Shown here in pieces: positions 14,468 to 26,983 of a DNA stretch of 64,000 bases. A program made the position numbers and the translations under genes. Within the stretch, counting starts at the first letter, position 1. Each line of letters starts with the position of its first letter. The notes below the pieces were generated by a model. That model was not told where the DNA came from. It did not search any database and worked only from the letters and a program-made list of their open reading frames with translations. Source of the DNA: Lytechinus pictus (Eukaryota); the NCBI RefSeq assembly GCF_037042905.1, contig NC_087245.1:39186001-39250000 (forward strand). Reading direction: 5' to 3'.

Positions 14468-14721
14468 TAGCCTATAATCTATAGGCGGAGGCTACAGTTA
14501 TTGTCCATGCAGTTAGGCTGAACGCAAGAGATAATACGTCTGATCTGGCGAGACTACGCATTTGTGGCTGCTGCCAGGTCAGACGTATCTCTTACAATAA
14601 CTGCAGCCTCCGCCTAGATTTCGCTGCCACAAATGCGTAGTCTCGCTAGATCAGACGTATCTCTTGCGTTCAGCATAACAGCAAAGACAATAACTGCAGC
14701 ATCCGCCTAGATTATAGGCTA
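14468..14721. mobile_element. Academ-like MITE (TAG..CTA termini, 9-bp TSD)
   Basis: ~100-bp TIRs; perfect TSD ggtcagtgc at 14459-14467 and 14722-14730. Confidence 0.85.
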
Positions 14722-14743
14722 GGTCAGTGCCTGCATTGGACCC

Positions 14744-14883
14744 TAGTCTGCTGGGCAAACCCTTCTCTCGAGTTAAGGGTCTGAATGTGCAGCCTACTCA
14801 TGCCTTGTGTACTGAAGGCTAGTCTTTGCGTGGAGGCACACTTATTGATCAAAGTTCCAATCAGGGTCTGTGCCTGCAGACTA
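14744..14883. mobile_element. Academ-like MITE (TAG..CTA termini, 9-bp TSD)
   Basis: tagtctgc ... gcagacta; perfect TSD attggaccc at 14735-14743 and 14884-14892. Confidence 0.85.
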
Positions 14884-15052
14884 ATTGGACCCTGGAATTT
14901 ACTACATGTACATCCTTGATTATGTACCATCGGAGGTTAACCCCCGGGGATTAACCTTCCATAATTATGTCCGCAATATAGGAAGTTGACCTCGTAAAAT
15001 CCTGATCACGCTATGCAACAATGAAATTTGATATATTTTTTAATAAACTCAC

Positions 15053-15330
15053 TTGAGCATGTCTAGCTTGACTCGGTTATCGCATTTCTCCTCGCAGATC
15101 ATCTCGGCCGCCTTCACCCAGTCCGCCTCGTCAATGTTCCCAGCGTCATGATCGACTACCTTCCCTATGGTTCCCAGGTCGATCTCGGCCTCGTAAGCAA
15201 AATAGTAGGTGTCGAAGAAGACGTCGATGTCGGGAACGAAGCTCAAGCACTTGCAAAATACGGATGATATTGACCTGGGCGTACACCACATCATAACACG
15301 GGCCTGCTGACCTGGAGTTGCACCCGCCAT
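15053..15330 (-). CDS. P-loop sulfotransferase-like protein, first coding exon
   Basis: aaacATGg start at 15330; MAGATPGQQARVMMWCTPRSISSVF carries the W.xPRS.S motif of the 5'-phosphosulfate-binding loop. Donor AA|gtgagt is phase 2, compatible with exon 2. Confidence 0.88.
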
Positions 15331-15717
15331 GTTTAGGAGCGTTTTGACAGCGCTCAACAGTATATTTTGGATCGAACTGAATGGTATAATTATATAACAC
15401 CGGGGTATAATGGGGTATACTATATTCCCGCATACAGTCAAACACGACCCGCTGTGATCTCACGAAGTGGACTGTTGTGTGCGTGCATGTCGAAACTTCA
15501 TGATAGCATTCAGCACACAATGCATAAACAGATCGCTTGTGGACAGAACAGATCAATGAGAAAAAGAACAAATATTGAATCTTTTTAGATATGGGTGATA
15601 TCACCCAGTCCCTCGATGATGTCTACAAGAGCTCTTTCACTCTGTCTCTGTCTTTCTCTCTCCCTCGATCGGCTTCCCCACCTACACTAATCTCGATCCA
15701 CTATGTCTGACAGGGGC

Positions 15718-15907
15718 TAGTCTGCTATGCAGACTCTGAATGGCTCGTGAGGTGGGATCTGCTGGTTTGCCAAGCAAACCAGCCTGAAAGGGCGAGCGAA
15801 GCGAGCCATTTCAGATCTGTAGCCTCAGTAGACCTAGTCTGCTATGCAGACTCGTTGAATCAGCTGTGATACACACACTGCAGATGTGGGTCTACATTTG
15901 TAGACTA
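15718..15907. mobile_element. Academ-like MITE (TAG..CTA termini, 9-bp TSD)
   Basis: tagtctgc ... gtagacta; perfect TSD gacaggggc at 15709-15717 and 15908-15916; left end repeated internally at ~15835. Confidence 0.8.
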
Positions 15908-16035
15908 GACAGGGGCGGCGGAACTTAAGTTCCGGGGGGTGGGGGACAAAATCCCAAAAAAAGGAGACTCCTGTCAAAATGGGTATTTTGGTGCAAACGG
16001 ATATTTTTACCATGAGATTTCTGATTGATAATTAA

Positions 16036-16638
16036 AGTACAAGTCCACCCCAGAATACGTTGATTTGAATAAATAGAGAAAAATCAAACTAGCATAATGC
16101 TGAAAATTTCATCAAAATCGGATGTAAAATAAGAAAGTTATGGCATTTTAAAGTTTCGCTTAATTTTCACAAAACAGTGATATGCACAACTCAGTGACAT
16201 GCAAATGAGTCAGTCGGTGATGTCCATCACTCACTATTTGTTTTTGTTTTTTTTATTGTTTGAATTATGCAATATTTCATTTTTTACAAATTTCAATCAG
16301 GACCAACTTGACTGAACCATATTACACAATGCTAATTCCACGTGTTCAGGGCCGGAGGAATTCATCGTTGTTTCACTTGACAATGAGGAGAAAATTAGAA
16401 TGTTTCATATTTCATATAATAAAATACAAAAGAAATAGCGAGTGGATGACGTCATCAGTCTCCTCATTTGCATACTGACCATGATGTGCATATAACTGTT
16501 TTGTGAAATTAAGCGAAACTTTAAAAAGTCATAACTTTCTCATTTTACATCCGATTTTAATGAAATTTTCAGTGTTATGCTTGTTGGATTTTTCTCTTTT
16601 TATTCAAATCAACTTTTTGTTGGGGGTGGACTTGTCCT
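16036..16638. mobile_element. Kolobok-type MITE, subfamily B
   Basis: ttaa|agtacaagtccacccc ... ggggtggacttgtcct|ttaa. Confidence 0.85.
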
Positions 16639-17330
16639 TTAAGATATTTATGTAGGCGTTATTACTTCCACGAGAGAGCAACGAGCGAACGGTTTGAGAA
16701 AAATTTCAAATCTGAAGTACGTTTTGTAAAGCCCTTGTGTAAAACTCGTTTTGGGGGCAATTGGTGCTATAGGCCTATACTTACTGCTAAAAGGGCATCC
16801 TTGCGGAGATATTGCGAGCGCGAAGGCAAGAGCTCAAACTTTTGGACTTTTCATGTAAAGACAACAACCATTCCGAGCATGATAAAGATAACGCGAGCGC
16901 GATCGAAGCGCGAGCAGAAATTTCACACTGACCAGGGGCCTATAACACAAAGTTTAGCAATATACAACATTTTTCTACGATTGATTCCATTGACTACAAT
17001 GTACAATCAATCATGAAAATCAAGTGTACGATCAATCGCTAACATTTGTGTTACGGGACCCTGAACACGAAAAGGAACCTGTATATAAAGACGTATATAT
17101 AGTGACTTGTGGAAAGGATATCTCATCAATCGAAAATAATGCGATCTGAAATTTACGATATTCCAGCTGAAAACTGGACATTCTAAAAAAAATTTTTTGT
17201 AACCATGCAGAAACAGAATGAGTATGTTGATTAACAATAAATGATGCACGCGCGTGATACTTACCGTGAGCTAAACTTGCATAAAAAAATGTTCTAACAG
17301 AAAACTGGACATTCGAAGCATTTTTGTAAC

Positions 17331-17726
17331 AGTCCACCTCAGAAAATGATGATTTGAATCAATAGAGAAAAATCAGTCAAGCATAATGCTGAAGAATTTC
17401 ATCAAAATCGGATGTAAAATAAGAAAGTTATGACATTTTAAAGTTTCGCTTATTTTTCACAAAAAAGCTATATGCACAATTTAGTCACATGCAAATGAGA
17501 GAATCGATGATGTCCCTCTCTCACTATTTCTTTTGTTTTTTTTATTGTTTGAATTATAAAATGTTTCATTTTTTGCAGATTTGACGATAAAGACCCAACT
17601 TGACTGAAACATAAAATGTTAAACAATGGTAATTCCACATGTTCAGGGCGCCAATTTTCAGTGTTGTGCTAGTTTGATTTTTCTCTATTTATTCAAATCA
17701 ACATTTTTCTGGGGTGGACTTGACCT
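17331..17726. mobile_element. Kolobok-type MITE subfamily B, internally deleted
   Basis: Homologous to 16036-16638; ends gtggacttgacct|ttaa. Confidence 0.7.
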
Positions 17727-18996
17727 TTAATGATAATTTAATGATATATTGATATTGATTAGTCACCCATGCACCTATATTAGTAGGTCCTACAAAATTA
17801 CATATTTTCGCCGAATAGTAAATTCATACTGGTAACAGACAAACGCGCGTGCAATATTGTTCGTGGAAAAGGGCATGCAAGCTATAACCACATATGGTAA
17901 GTTTATAATTATGAAACAGGCATAGATTTTCATAAAATCTCCCCAAATAACAATTAGATATATAAAAATACACAATTGTAAACAACGCGTGTGGTATACG
18001 TGGTTATTCACGGAAAGAAGAATCCCTCTTTTAATCTGCACTGAAGAGGGGGTAGGTCCGCTTTGACTAGAGGTCCATAATTATATAGCGGGTGGACCCC
18101 CAAGAGAGAGAGAGAGCCATAACCTATAGTTTCCCTATTACATATATCAACCCAATTCCATTGATAACTCTACCGGGTTTAGCAATACTTTCTATAAAAA
18201 AAAAGGTTCAAATTAAAGCTGATTTTACGACTGCTTACCCTAAGATTTCAAAATAACTACAGTCATCTTAGATTTCCTGGAGGTTTTCTATATGTGTTGG
18301 CCATCTTTTTCATGGCTGTATAAGTTTTTAGCGGGGGGGGGGGGGGGGAGGGGGCAGCACGCATAAACTTAAAAAAAAAAGAAATCTAAAGCGAGTGAGC
18401 GAAACACCTGAGCTTGTCATTTGGGCGTTTTTGCATTTTGTGAAGTGAAATTGAAGGATTTGTACATACTTTTGGTGATTTTTTTTTTTTTTTTTTTTGG
18501 GGGGGGGGGAGCATGATCTTTTTTATTTTTACTCTGGACATTTGCGTATTTTGTTCCTTTGTTAAGTAATTTTTTAACAGTCACCTTGTAGGCTTGAACC
18601 TTCTACTAGCAAAATTATCCAAGGTAATTTATTGCACACATGCTTTTATTCTATAAGTTACGTTTGCTTTGAAAAAAAAATCTTAATGGATAACAGGAGA
18701 GGGCCTATTCGCGCCCTCAATGTCCACTGACTCCGTTCATATGTAGTTTTCATTATTAATTCCTTACACAATTATCATGATGTACATGTATATACTGTAA
18801 AAAATGAAGAAAAGACGTTACTTATTTCGTCAAAATGAAACTTTGAATGAAATCAGACAAGCAATAGGAAAGTTATGACTGTTTGATAATAGAAATTCCT
18901 AAGAGTAAAGTCTAGACTACGTAGATTTCAAATTGGCAAAATATAAGTATACATGTAGTGGGAGGAACAGCTTTCCCCCATCGGCCATGTACTTAA

Positions 18997-19492
18997 AGGG
19001 GGAGTTCACCCTGACAAAAAGTTTATTGTAAAAATAGCAGAAAAAATAATTTAAAAATATTGCCGAAGGTTTGAGATAAATCCATCAAAGAATTAAAAAG
19101 TTATTAGAATTTTTTAATTATTTGATTCGTGACGTCATATGCGAGCAGCATTCCTAAATAGCGAATGGTAAAAAAATCTATGAAATGTCATTTTCTCTGA
19201 AAATTGAAAAAGGTTTTTTTATTGTACCTTTTGTATATATCAATAGACAAATCATTTCGCATCCGATCATGAAAAGAAATAAAAGTCATCAAGATCCATA
19301 AAAAAATGAAATTCATGCATTTTATATTACATAATATATCGGGCAGCTGCTCGTTTATGACGTCACAAATAAAATAATAAAAAAATTCTAATAACTTTCA
19401 TCTTCAACGGATTTTCCTCAAACCTTTACCAATATTTTTTTATTATTTATTCTATTTTTACAACAACCTTTTCTTCAGGGTGAACTTCCCCT
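18997..19492. mobile_element. Kolobok-type MITE, subfamily A (complete)
   Basis: ttaa|agggggagttcaccctga ... tcagggtgaacttcccct|ttaa. Confidence 0.85.
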
Positions 19493-20249
19493 TTAATTAT
19501 CAGGGATTTGTGGTTTTCTCCTGGTATCAATTCCCCTGAGGCAGTAATTAAAGTACACATGTAACCAAGGTAGCATATCGTTTTACATCCTCAAGACCTC
19601 ATGAAAGAAATATATGATTTGAAGTAAAACTTTTGAAAAAAAATGGTAATATAGCCATTTTATATGGTGGAGTCAATGGATAAGTAGAACTTGCCGCACA
19701 TCACTATGACACCATCAATGAGGCCAATTTGAAGTCTCCAAGGATACAGTGATTACCAATTTTCACACACACGTACACAAACATCATACATTTCTCACTG
19801 TTAATCCAATATTGTTCAAACTTTCGATCTTCTTGTCTGATTTTTCTTCCTTTATCCTCTCTAGCAACACAACTTTTTATTTGGGTTGGATACCCCATTA
19901 ATAAATAGAAATTGTGCAATAAAACCTAAATGAATGCATACAATGTACAATTAAGTCTTCAATATGAACGATTCTTATTTGATAAACAAACATGTTAGAC
20001 TTAGGATCGACATAAAGCTGGGGCTGTGGAATGGTTTTAAATGTGTGAGTGCATTGTGGGGGGCTAACCACCCCCCAGGAAAACACACACAATCAGATGG
20101 TAATTTTTAGGTTTTTATGGCAGTGGCGGGCCGAATCCTCTAGCCCCCCCCCCCCCCGGGTTCCACTCCACCTGTACAGTTTAAACAAGTTACATTCTAC
20201 TGAACATATTACAAACAAAAAGTGATTCATTTAAAACAATGTCATTTTT

Positions 20250-22637
20250 CAAAAAGATGCTGTATGCACAAATTTATTAATGACAAGGATGAAAAAGAGA
20301 GTCACGGGTAACTGATCAATAACATTATTTGTTGTCACATGACAGTGTCACATGACAGCAGAGCATCCTCTGTTTTATAAAAACAGGTTCATAACCAATT
20401 CAAACTGCAACTCTTAGCATTTCAAATACACAATAAAGTGTTTACACCATGCACATTTATAGCTTCTTGCAATTATTCGAACATCTCTAACCCTAAAAAT
20501 TATACTTAAAAAAAAAAGTATAAAATAAGACCTATAAACCACCATTGATTAATAGTTTTTAAACAATTTTTTTCACCATGTATACTATGTAGTACATATT
20601 CAATATACATGTAGTTAGATTATTAAACTTACATGTAAATATTTTTTTTTCTACTCTAATTATCACCAAATAGTCATTTTAATGATAGTCTTGTAATCAT
20701 AAATCTCAGTATATATATTTTCAAAAGATAAATTAAAGAACTCAATTCTAAATTTGCCAGCTACCAACATTTGGCATGCAAATACCATTACACATATAGA
20801 AATCTATAATTAATTTGCAAATCATTTACTCTAGAATGAATTGTAAAATGCGAAAAACAGCTTAAAAAATCTTACCCCACTATTCCCATCACACTTCAAT
20901 GGTGAAATGATATAAAATGTAAACGATGTGCGGATTGAAAACCTGATACAAAATAAAGAATAAGCAACAGGGTCTCGGTTTGTAAAATATGTCCTAAAAG
21001 ACCTGTAAATAAAGGTTTACCTGATGGAAAAGAACTCGAGATCAATGTTTTGGGGATCTCTAAAAGGAAGGCAAGTACAAGCAACCTAATGCAATAATTG
21101 GCATAATGGAAGACATGAATGCTGCTACTTGAGAATGGGGTACTTTTGGTCTCTGCTTGATTAATGGTCAAAACTCAAATGTCAAATTGACTTTGTTTTA
21201 TACTAACACAGGCTTAATATTCAAATTTCATGCATTCATTTTGAAAAGAGGTGCTTCTAGACAAATAGCATCTACAGATTGTCAAATATATGGCAACGTA
21301 TAATGTGCAAAGTCTTAATATACTGAATTTTCAAATTCATTGTAGGCCTATCTACATGTACAGAATATAATAGGTAGGCCTACAAAATACAATTAATGTG
21401 CCCCTTTAACAGTTTTCCTTTTTAAAATTGAATGATGAACTACTCTAATGGTTCTGTCTTTCTCTTAACAAAAATTAAGAGTACATATATTTTTATGCTC
21501 AAATTGTTTTTTAAATGGCGGTACACATGTAGATGTACCGTATGTATGCTGACTGCACAATGATTGAATACTGCTATCAAACAGGATGTACATGACAATA
21601 TACATGTACACATAAATACACTGTGCAGTCCATTTACATGTTCATCAGATATGATATTGACAACCCTATAAAAGAACACATCGGGATAAATGCAGTTTTT
21701 CTCCAATTAAGGTCATGTACACCTACATGTACGAGAACTCTGAATAAATGAAATGTAACTTGATTTGCGAGCAGTCAGGAGCATATAATTAGGATTTTGT
21801 GTGTAAATACAACTCCATCTGTGCCAATTCACCCTTGGGGGAAAAATACACAGTTGACACGGACTACGGTAAATCACTTTTCTCTAAGAATATTGAATGT
21901 TTCCTTTGGCTTTGACAAAGGTTGATCCGGGTTGATCTTGAAAGTTCCAAAAGCATTTTGCAAACTCACAAGCCTGAAGTGAAGGATGAGTGCGATCATA
22001 TATTCAGAATGGCATTCATTTGAATTAATAAAAAATCTCTGCTTCCGGATGTGCCAGTATGTCCATGTTCTGAAAATAGTTAACCATTGTTCTTGAAAAG
22101 ATCAGACGAGTCATGACATTCAAAACTGCGCATTGTGCAGATATGAGTTTTGTTACATCTTGTACCAGATTCAAGTTGTTGTAGGCCTGTATAGTGGGAT
22201 CTTGTTGTAGGCTTGTAGCATCACTTAATGTTATCATGTTACCATATTTGCAACACTGAACTTAGTAAAAATAACATATCTATCAATGTCTACCCAAAAT
22301 TTCAAAGTCATCCTTCAAAATGACTCGCTAAACACAATTAGAATTTAGACCAAACTACTTCACTGCTATGCAGCTGGTATCTTTTCTGTTAAATTGATAC
22401 AATGATATTCGCGAGGCGTGCAATATTAGCATACAACTTTATATAATCTGTGAATGGAGAAATCATGTTGGTGCTCTAAGTCTAACTTAACAGTCCTTGA
22501 AGTTGAACCTTCATCTCTTTCATGCTCCCTCATTCAATTTGCGTTGCAATTCATTCTAACAGTACTCCTGCTCCTCAGTCAAATGATCCTCATCCAGGTC
22601 AAACCTTCCATCTACAGATCTCATCGTTGGGTACACG
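20250..22637 (-). other. Probable long 3' UTR of profilin
   Basis: About 2.4 kb of AT-rich sequence with no recognisable transposon, downstream of the stop. Minus-strand AATAAA at 20273-20278. The end point is inferred. Confidence 0.4.
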
Positions 22638-23060
22638 TTACATACCGAGGCCTTCCAAGTATTCTGCTATGACTCCAACTCCTTTATTTAAGTTCCCTTG
22701 CTGAGCCCCTTCAGGGCAATGGCCGAGTACTATAGCTGTCTTACTCGCCTGCATAGTGATTGCTCCATGATCTTTCTTTTTGGCAAACACAACCTTCTTA
22801 TCTTCTTCTCTTAAGAATTGGTATTTTACACCATCTCCAAAGACTCCCGAAGCCATGAATGGGGTGAAATCCTTACTCTTGAAACATCTAGCAATATTTT
22901 CTCCCTCTGTAGAGGAAATCTTATATGCATTTGCATGTCCGTCTGTAGTCCACTTTGCTCCGTTATCAAGACCGATTATACATGCCTTGTCGCAATGGGC
23001 GGTACCTGAATTATCTTTGGTCTGAGCAACGAGGTTATCGATGTAAGAATCCCAAGACAT
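22638..23060 (-). CDS. PFN: Profilin (140 aa, intronless CDS)
   Basis: aaacATG at 23060; MSWDSYIDNLVAQTKD...GVKYQFLRE...GAITMQASKTAIVLGHCPEGAQQGNLNKGVGVIAEYLEGLGM is a typical profilin, echinoid-like. Confidence 0.95.
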   Translation of the reverse strand: MSWDSYIDNLVAQTKDNSGTAHCDKACIIGLDNGAKWTTDGHANAYKISSTEGENIARCFKSKDFTPFMASGVFGDGVKYQFLREEDKKVVFAKKKDHGAITMQASKTAIVLGHCPEGAQQGNLNKGVGVIAEYLEGLGM

Positions 23061-23179
23061 GTTTGCGGAGGGTTGCGTTAGTCCAAAGTAGAAAATGGTA
23101 TGAAAATGAGGACTTAATCTCCTAAAAGTTAGCAGCAATTTCGATGTAATGAAACACAGAAATGGTGGGCAATATAGAT

Positions 23180-23345
23180 TCACACGGACTTCCGCATTAC
23201 ATGTATAACAAACCGCGCCCGGTATACGTACCCGGCGCGCGGCGCGGCCCAATAAAAACCCAAACGAATGTACTCTCTGCATCGTACAAGCCTCACTACC
23301 CGGCAACACGCGCTCGAAGCGGAAGTAATTGCCGAGTAAATTGCG
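23180..23345 (-). promoter_or_regulatory. GC/CpG-rich putative profilin promoter
   Basis: Local CpG-rich island upstream of the ATG, with an ETS-like cggaagt at ~23320 and an imperfect GC-rich inverted repeat at ~23214-23239. Confidence 0.4.
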
Positions 23346-23765
23346 GTCAAGGTATTTCCGTGTCATGCATGGAATGGTATTGTGGTACAGTGCAATACAT
23401 GGGCGGGTCCCCGAGAGATAGTTATAGTGGCGTACGTGGGCACGGAGGGGGGGGGGGGGGGGGGGGGGGGCACCAGCAACATTGTTGAGTCAATTAGAGT
23501 CAAATTTAAATTGAAACGAACATATACGCCATTAAATAACCTCTATTTCTGGGAATGTATGCAAATTTAAAAAATATGTATTCCTTGCAAAACACTTGCG
23601 ATGCTTTATAATAACGTATATATAGCAATCTATATGGGCCACCACGTGACAAAACAAAAATAAATTCTGTTCACTTTAATTGCAAACGAAAGAGATTCGC
23701 ATTTGTATCGGTTCACAATATTTATCTCACACCAACTTTTTAACCAATTAAAAACTCTTTTGACA

Positions 23766-24400
23766 TTTTTTTTTCTTTCTTTCAATAGCATTTATTTAAT
23801 CATCTGTATATACATTTCACATTTATATCAAAATACGTAAACATAATCAAATAATACATACGGAAGACGATACATTTACCAGTACAGTTTTTGTTCATTT
23901 CTAGTCCTACGCAATTCTGATTTAAATAAAAACGTTAGATTTGATGGTCTATTGTCTACTTTCCTGTAATTACGTAACAAAATTGATTTATACACAGTCC
24001 AAAAAGATCATCTAGTTCTTTGTGCTCGTTATTTTTTAATCAAAAGATCGACATCGATAATAACGTGTTTATTGAAGGCTTTTTTAATCAGCCAAATTAT
24101 ATATGACCAAAATTTTTGATTCAATTTACAAGTGATCAAGGCATGTGTTATGTCCTCTTCTACATGGCAACTATTACAATAAGCATCTTCACTTATACGC
24201 CATTTACATAAATTTATTTTCACAGGCAATAAATTATATAGTATTTTGAAATTAAATGATCTAAGTTTGTTTTCTTTTACTGTTAACAAAAATAATAAAA
24301 GCTGGGATCGAGTGCGATATTTTTGGTGTATATTGACTGTCTCAATTAACGGGATGTTTTCTTTAATGTACTTGAACAGGATTATTTATATCATTAAACA
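23766..24400 (-). mobile_element. 5'-truncated, decayed L1/Tx1-type LINE 3' fragment
   Basis: ORF 24029-24289 resembles the C-terminal zinc-binding region of RT proteins (FNFKILYNLLPV..LCKW..CNSC..EDITHALITC...FW). AATAAA and an A-rich tail follow on the minus strand. Confidence 0.75.
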
Positions 24401-25019
24401 GACTATACGAGCACCAGAAATGATGAATTAAGACATAGGCCCTAAGCAAATTATGTTTCAAAAAGTTATGAAAAAATCTTATGTAATATTATATAATATG
24501 ATATAATATAATATAACATAATATAATATAGAGGGGCGGCTGAGCGAAGTTGAAAATGGGGGGGGGGGCACAGGGAAAAGGGCACTATCTTAACGTAAGC
24601 AGATTTTTTTGCTGGGGGCAGCACACGTAAACTTTTTGGAAAAAAATTGAAAGCAAGGGAGCAAAGAGACCAAGCTTATCATTGTATCACTTTTGCATTT
24701 TGTTAAGTTAAATTGTTGGATTTTGTAAAAATCTGCAGTAAAAAATGGTGAGTTTTCAAAATTCTGGAGGGGGGGGGCAACTGTCCCTCTGCCCCCCCCC
24801 CCCCCCCCCCCGCTGCATACGGCGCCATCTTACAACAAAGAAAAAATGGCTTCTTTACCCCACCCACATGATGAAATTTAAGGCACGTATATATTTTACA
24901 AGTTTTTTCATTCATTGTGCAATTGCAGGAGGAATTATAAGCAGAACGGCGCTAAATAAAGAAACCGGGCGCTCATCGGGCACGAAAAGAGTGGTTTTTC
25001 GGGACATCTTATAACTGAT

Positions 25020-25381
25020 ATGAAAACAGGCCGCGCCTATGAGAAGGCAAAGGGGCACTCGTTAACACATAACAGGTTCTTCTCAGGTGAAACCTAGGGA
25101 CACAGAATTAACATTAGTCGGGGCACTTTTCTTGGGTAAAAAGGGGCACTATACGAGAAAGGGCACATCAAGGCAAAGGGGCGGGACTTGCTAACGGTAT
25201 AAAACAGATCCTAATCCTCAGGTGAAAGGGGCACAGGACATGTATGTGGGGGGCATTTTTCTTGGATAAAAAGGGCCCACACTGATACGATAAAGCGCAC
25301 CTATAAGATGGCAAAAGGGCACTTGCTCAGCCATAAAACGGGCCTTCTCATGTGACAGGGGCACAGAACACAATTGTGATG

Positions 25382-25413
<32 letters not shown>

Positions 25414-25540
25414 GGGGGGGGGGGGTAAAATTTGGCGCTGACTCATGCGCATACGAGATATGGCACATGCTAACCACACATAAAACGGGTCCTTCCTAGG
25501 TGAAAAGGGCACAGAACACATCCATGCATGGGGGGCATGG
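25020..25540. repeat. Degenerate ~125-bp tandem repeat rich in ggggcac motifs
   Basis: About 4 units sharing caggtgaaa..gggcacagaac. Confidence 0.55.
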
Positions 25541-25599
25541 GGTCTAAATAAGTTTCTCTATTGTTTGCATGTGGAGGCAACCCTTTTATACTTTATATC

Positions 25600-26010
25600 G
25601 GTTATTTCCAATGCGTCGATATGCCATATTCATCCAGTGCCAAAGTTAGCTACATTTTGGTCTACCATCAGTTCATCCACTATCCACATGGTCTATAACT
25701 GCCAATTCGTCCACTCGCCAAGTTGTCTAATAACCAGTTGGTCCAATAGCCATTTAGTCCAATTGTCTAATTGGACCAAGTGTTAATTTTGAAAAATGAA
25801 TGAAAATGAAATGGACATAATTATTTAGACCAATTATGAAACGAAGTGCACATTAGATGAAATGGTGATTAGGCGAAGTGATGATTGGACCACATTGTTA
25901 TTGGACTAAATGGTTGTTAGACGAAATGTTGATGGACGGAATGGCATTGGACTAATACCATGTGGTGAGTGGACTATAATAGTTGGCAGTAGACGAATTG
26001 GCAATTTACC
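25600..26010. mobile_element. Merlin-like MITE (same family as 10103-10488, inverted)
   Basis: ggttatttccaa ... gacgaattggcaatttacc; flanks tttatatc/tttataca. Confidence 0.6.
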
Positions 26011-26983
26011 TTTATACAGCTATAGCTATTCTGACAAGATGGCAAGATACAACAACGTTAAATGCTGTATCAACATAACGAGATACGGTATCTTATTGCC
26101 TTATGATGACACGGGAGACATATGGATCCAAGTCGACTTAGAAAAAAAATGTCGACATACCTTACCAAGGTTAACATATATTATCATGACATATGGCGAG
26201 AAATCGTGATAAGTCGACCTATAAAAATATGATTGTCGACATGGCGAGATAATAGATCTTGCCAAAATGACTTATAAAGTTGAATGACGACATGCTATAT
26301 GCGATGTGGACGATCTCGTCATCATAGATGTCGACATACTACTTTTTATAAGCAGGCTTATGCAAGCTTGGCAAGATACAGTACATACTTAAATTATCTT
26401 TAATTGACCCATGCATGACAGGATATCTCGCGCTGTCGATTGGCAAATATAAATAAGGTAAAAATGAATCAACATTTTGCATATAAATCATATTCTGGCT
26501 GTTTGTATACACAAAAATAAGACAGTAAAGAAGACTCGTTGTTGGAAGTCGGCAAGTCGACTTGTTTGGGACAAGAAGACAAGAATGATCGCGTTGTTGG
26601 AACTGTCAATGAAGTTTAAGTCTAAGCTAATACTCCGGACAATAATATTTGACAATTTTTTAAAAACTTGCCGCAGGCGCAGAACTGAACTAGACTAAAA
26701 GTAGTAAGGGGGCTAGTTCTGGGGCTAAAATATATTCCAGTGCAAGGAAAATGGCCTATATAATTATACAGTATCTTGGGAATTAGCCTACCCCCCCAAC
26801 GCCCAGCGATAATTGCTATCACTCTGCTCAAAGCACGTTTTGATAACTTTACTCGAGGTCCTACATATAGCGACATAGCTGTGTGAATTTCAAATTCTCA
26901 ACAGATAATTAATGTCAAAGATTGAGTAGTTTACCAAAAAGACAAATTCAAGTTCAGGGCTTAAATATTATTTTACACCGGTA

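Noticed and set aside
15331..15441. Upstream extension of the sulfotransferase-like exon 1 ORF
   Set aside because: It begins at a non-ATG codon in the ORF track; the first ATG in good context is at 15330.
23061..23366. 102-aa N-terminal extension of profilin in the 242-aa ORF
   Set aside because: Profilins start at MSW, the ATG at 23060 has a good context, and the upstream frame runs through UTR/promoter sequence with no recognisable similarity.
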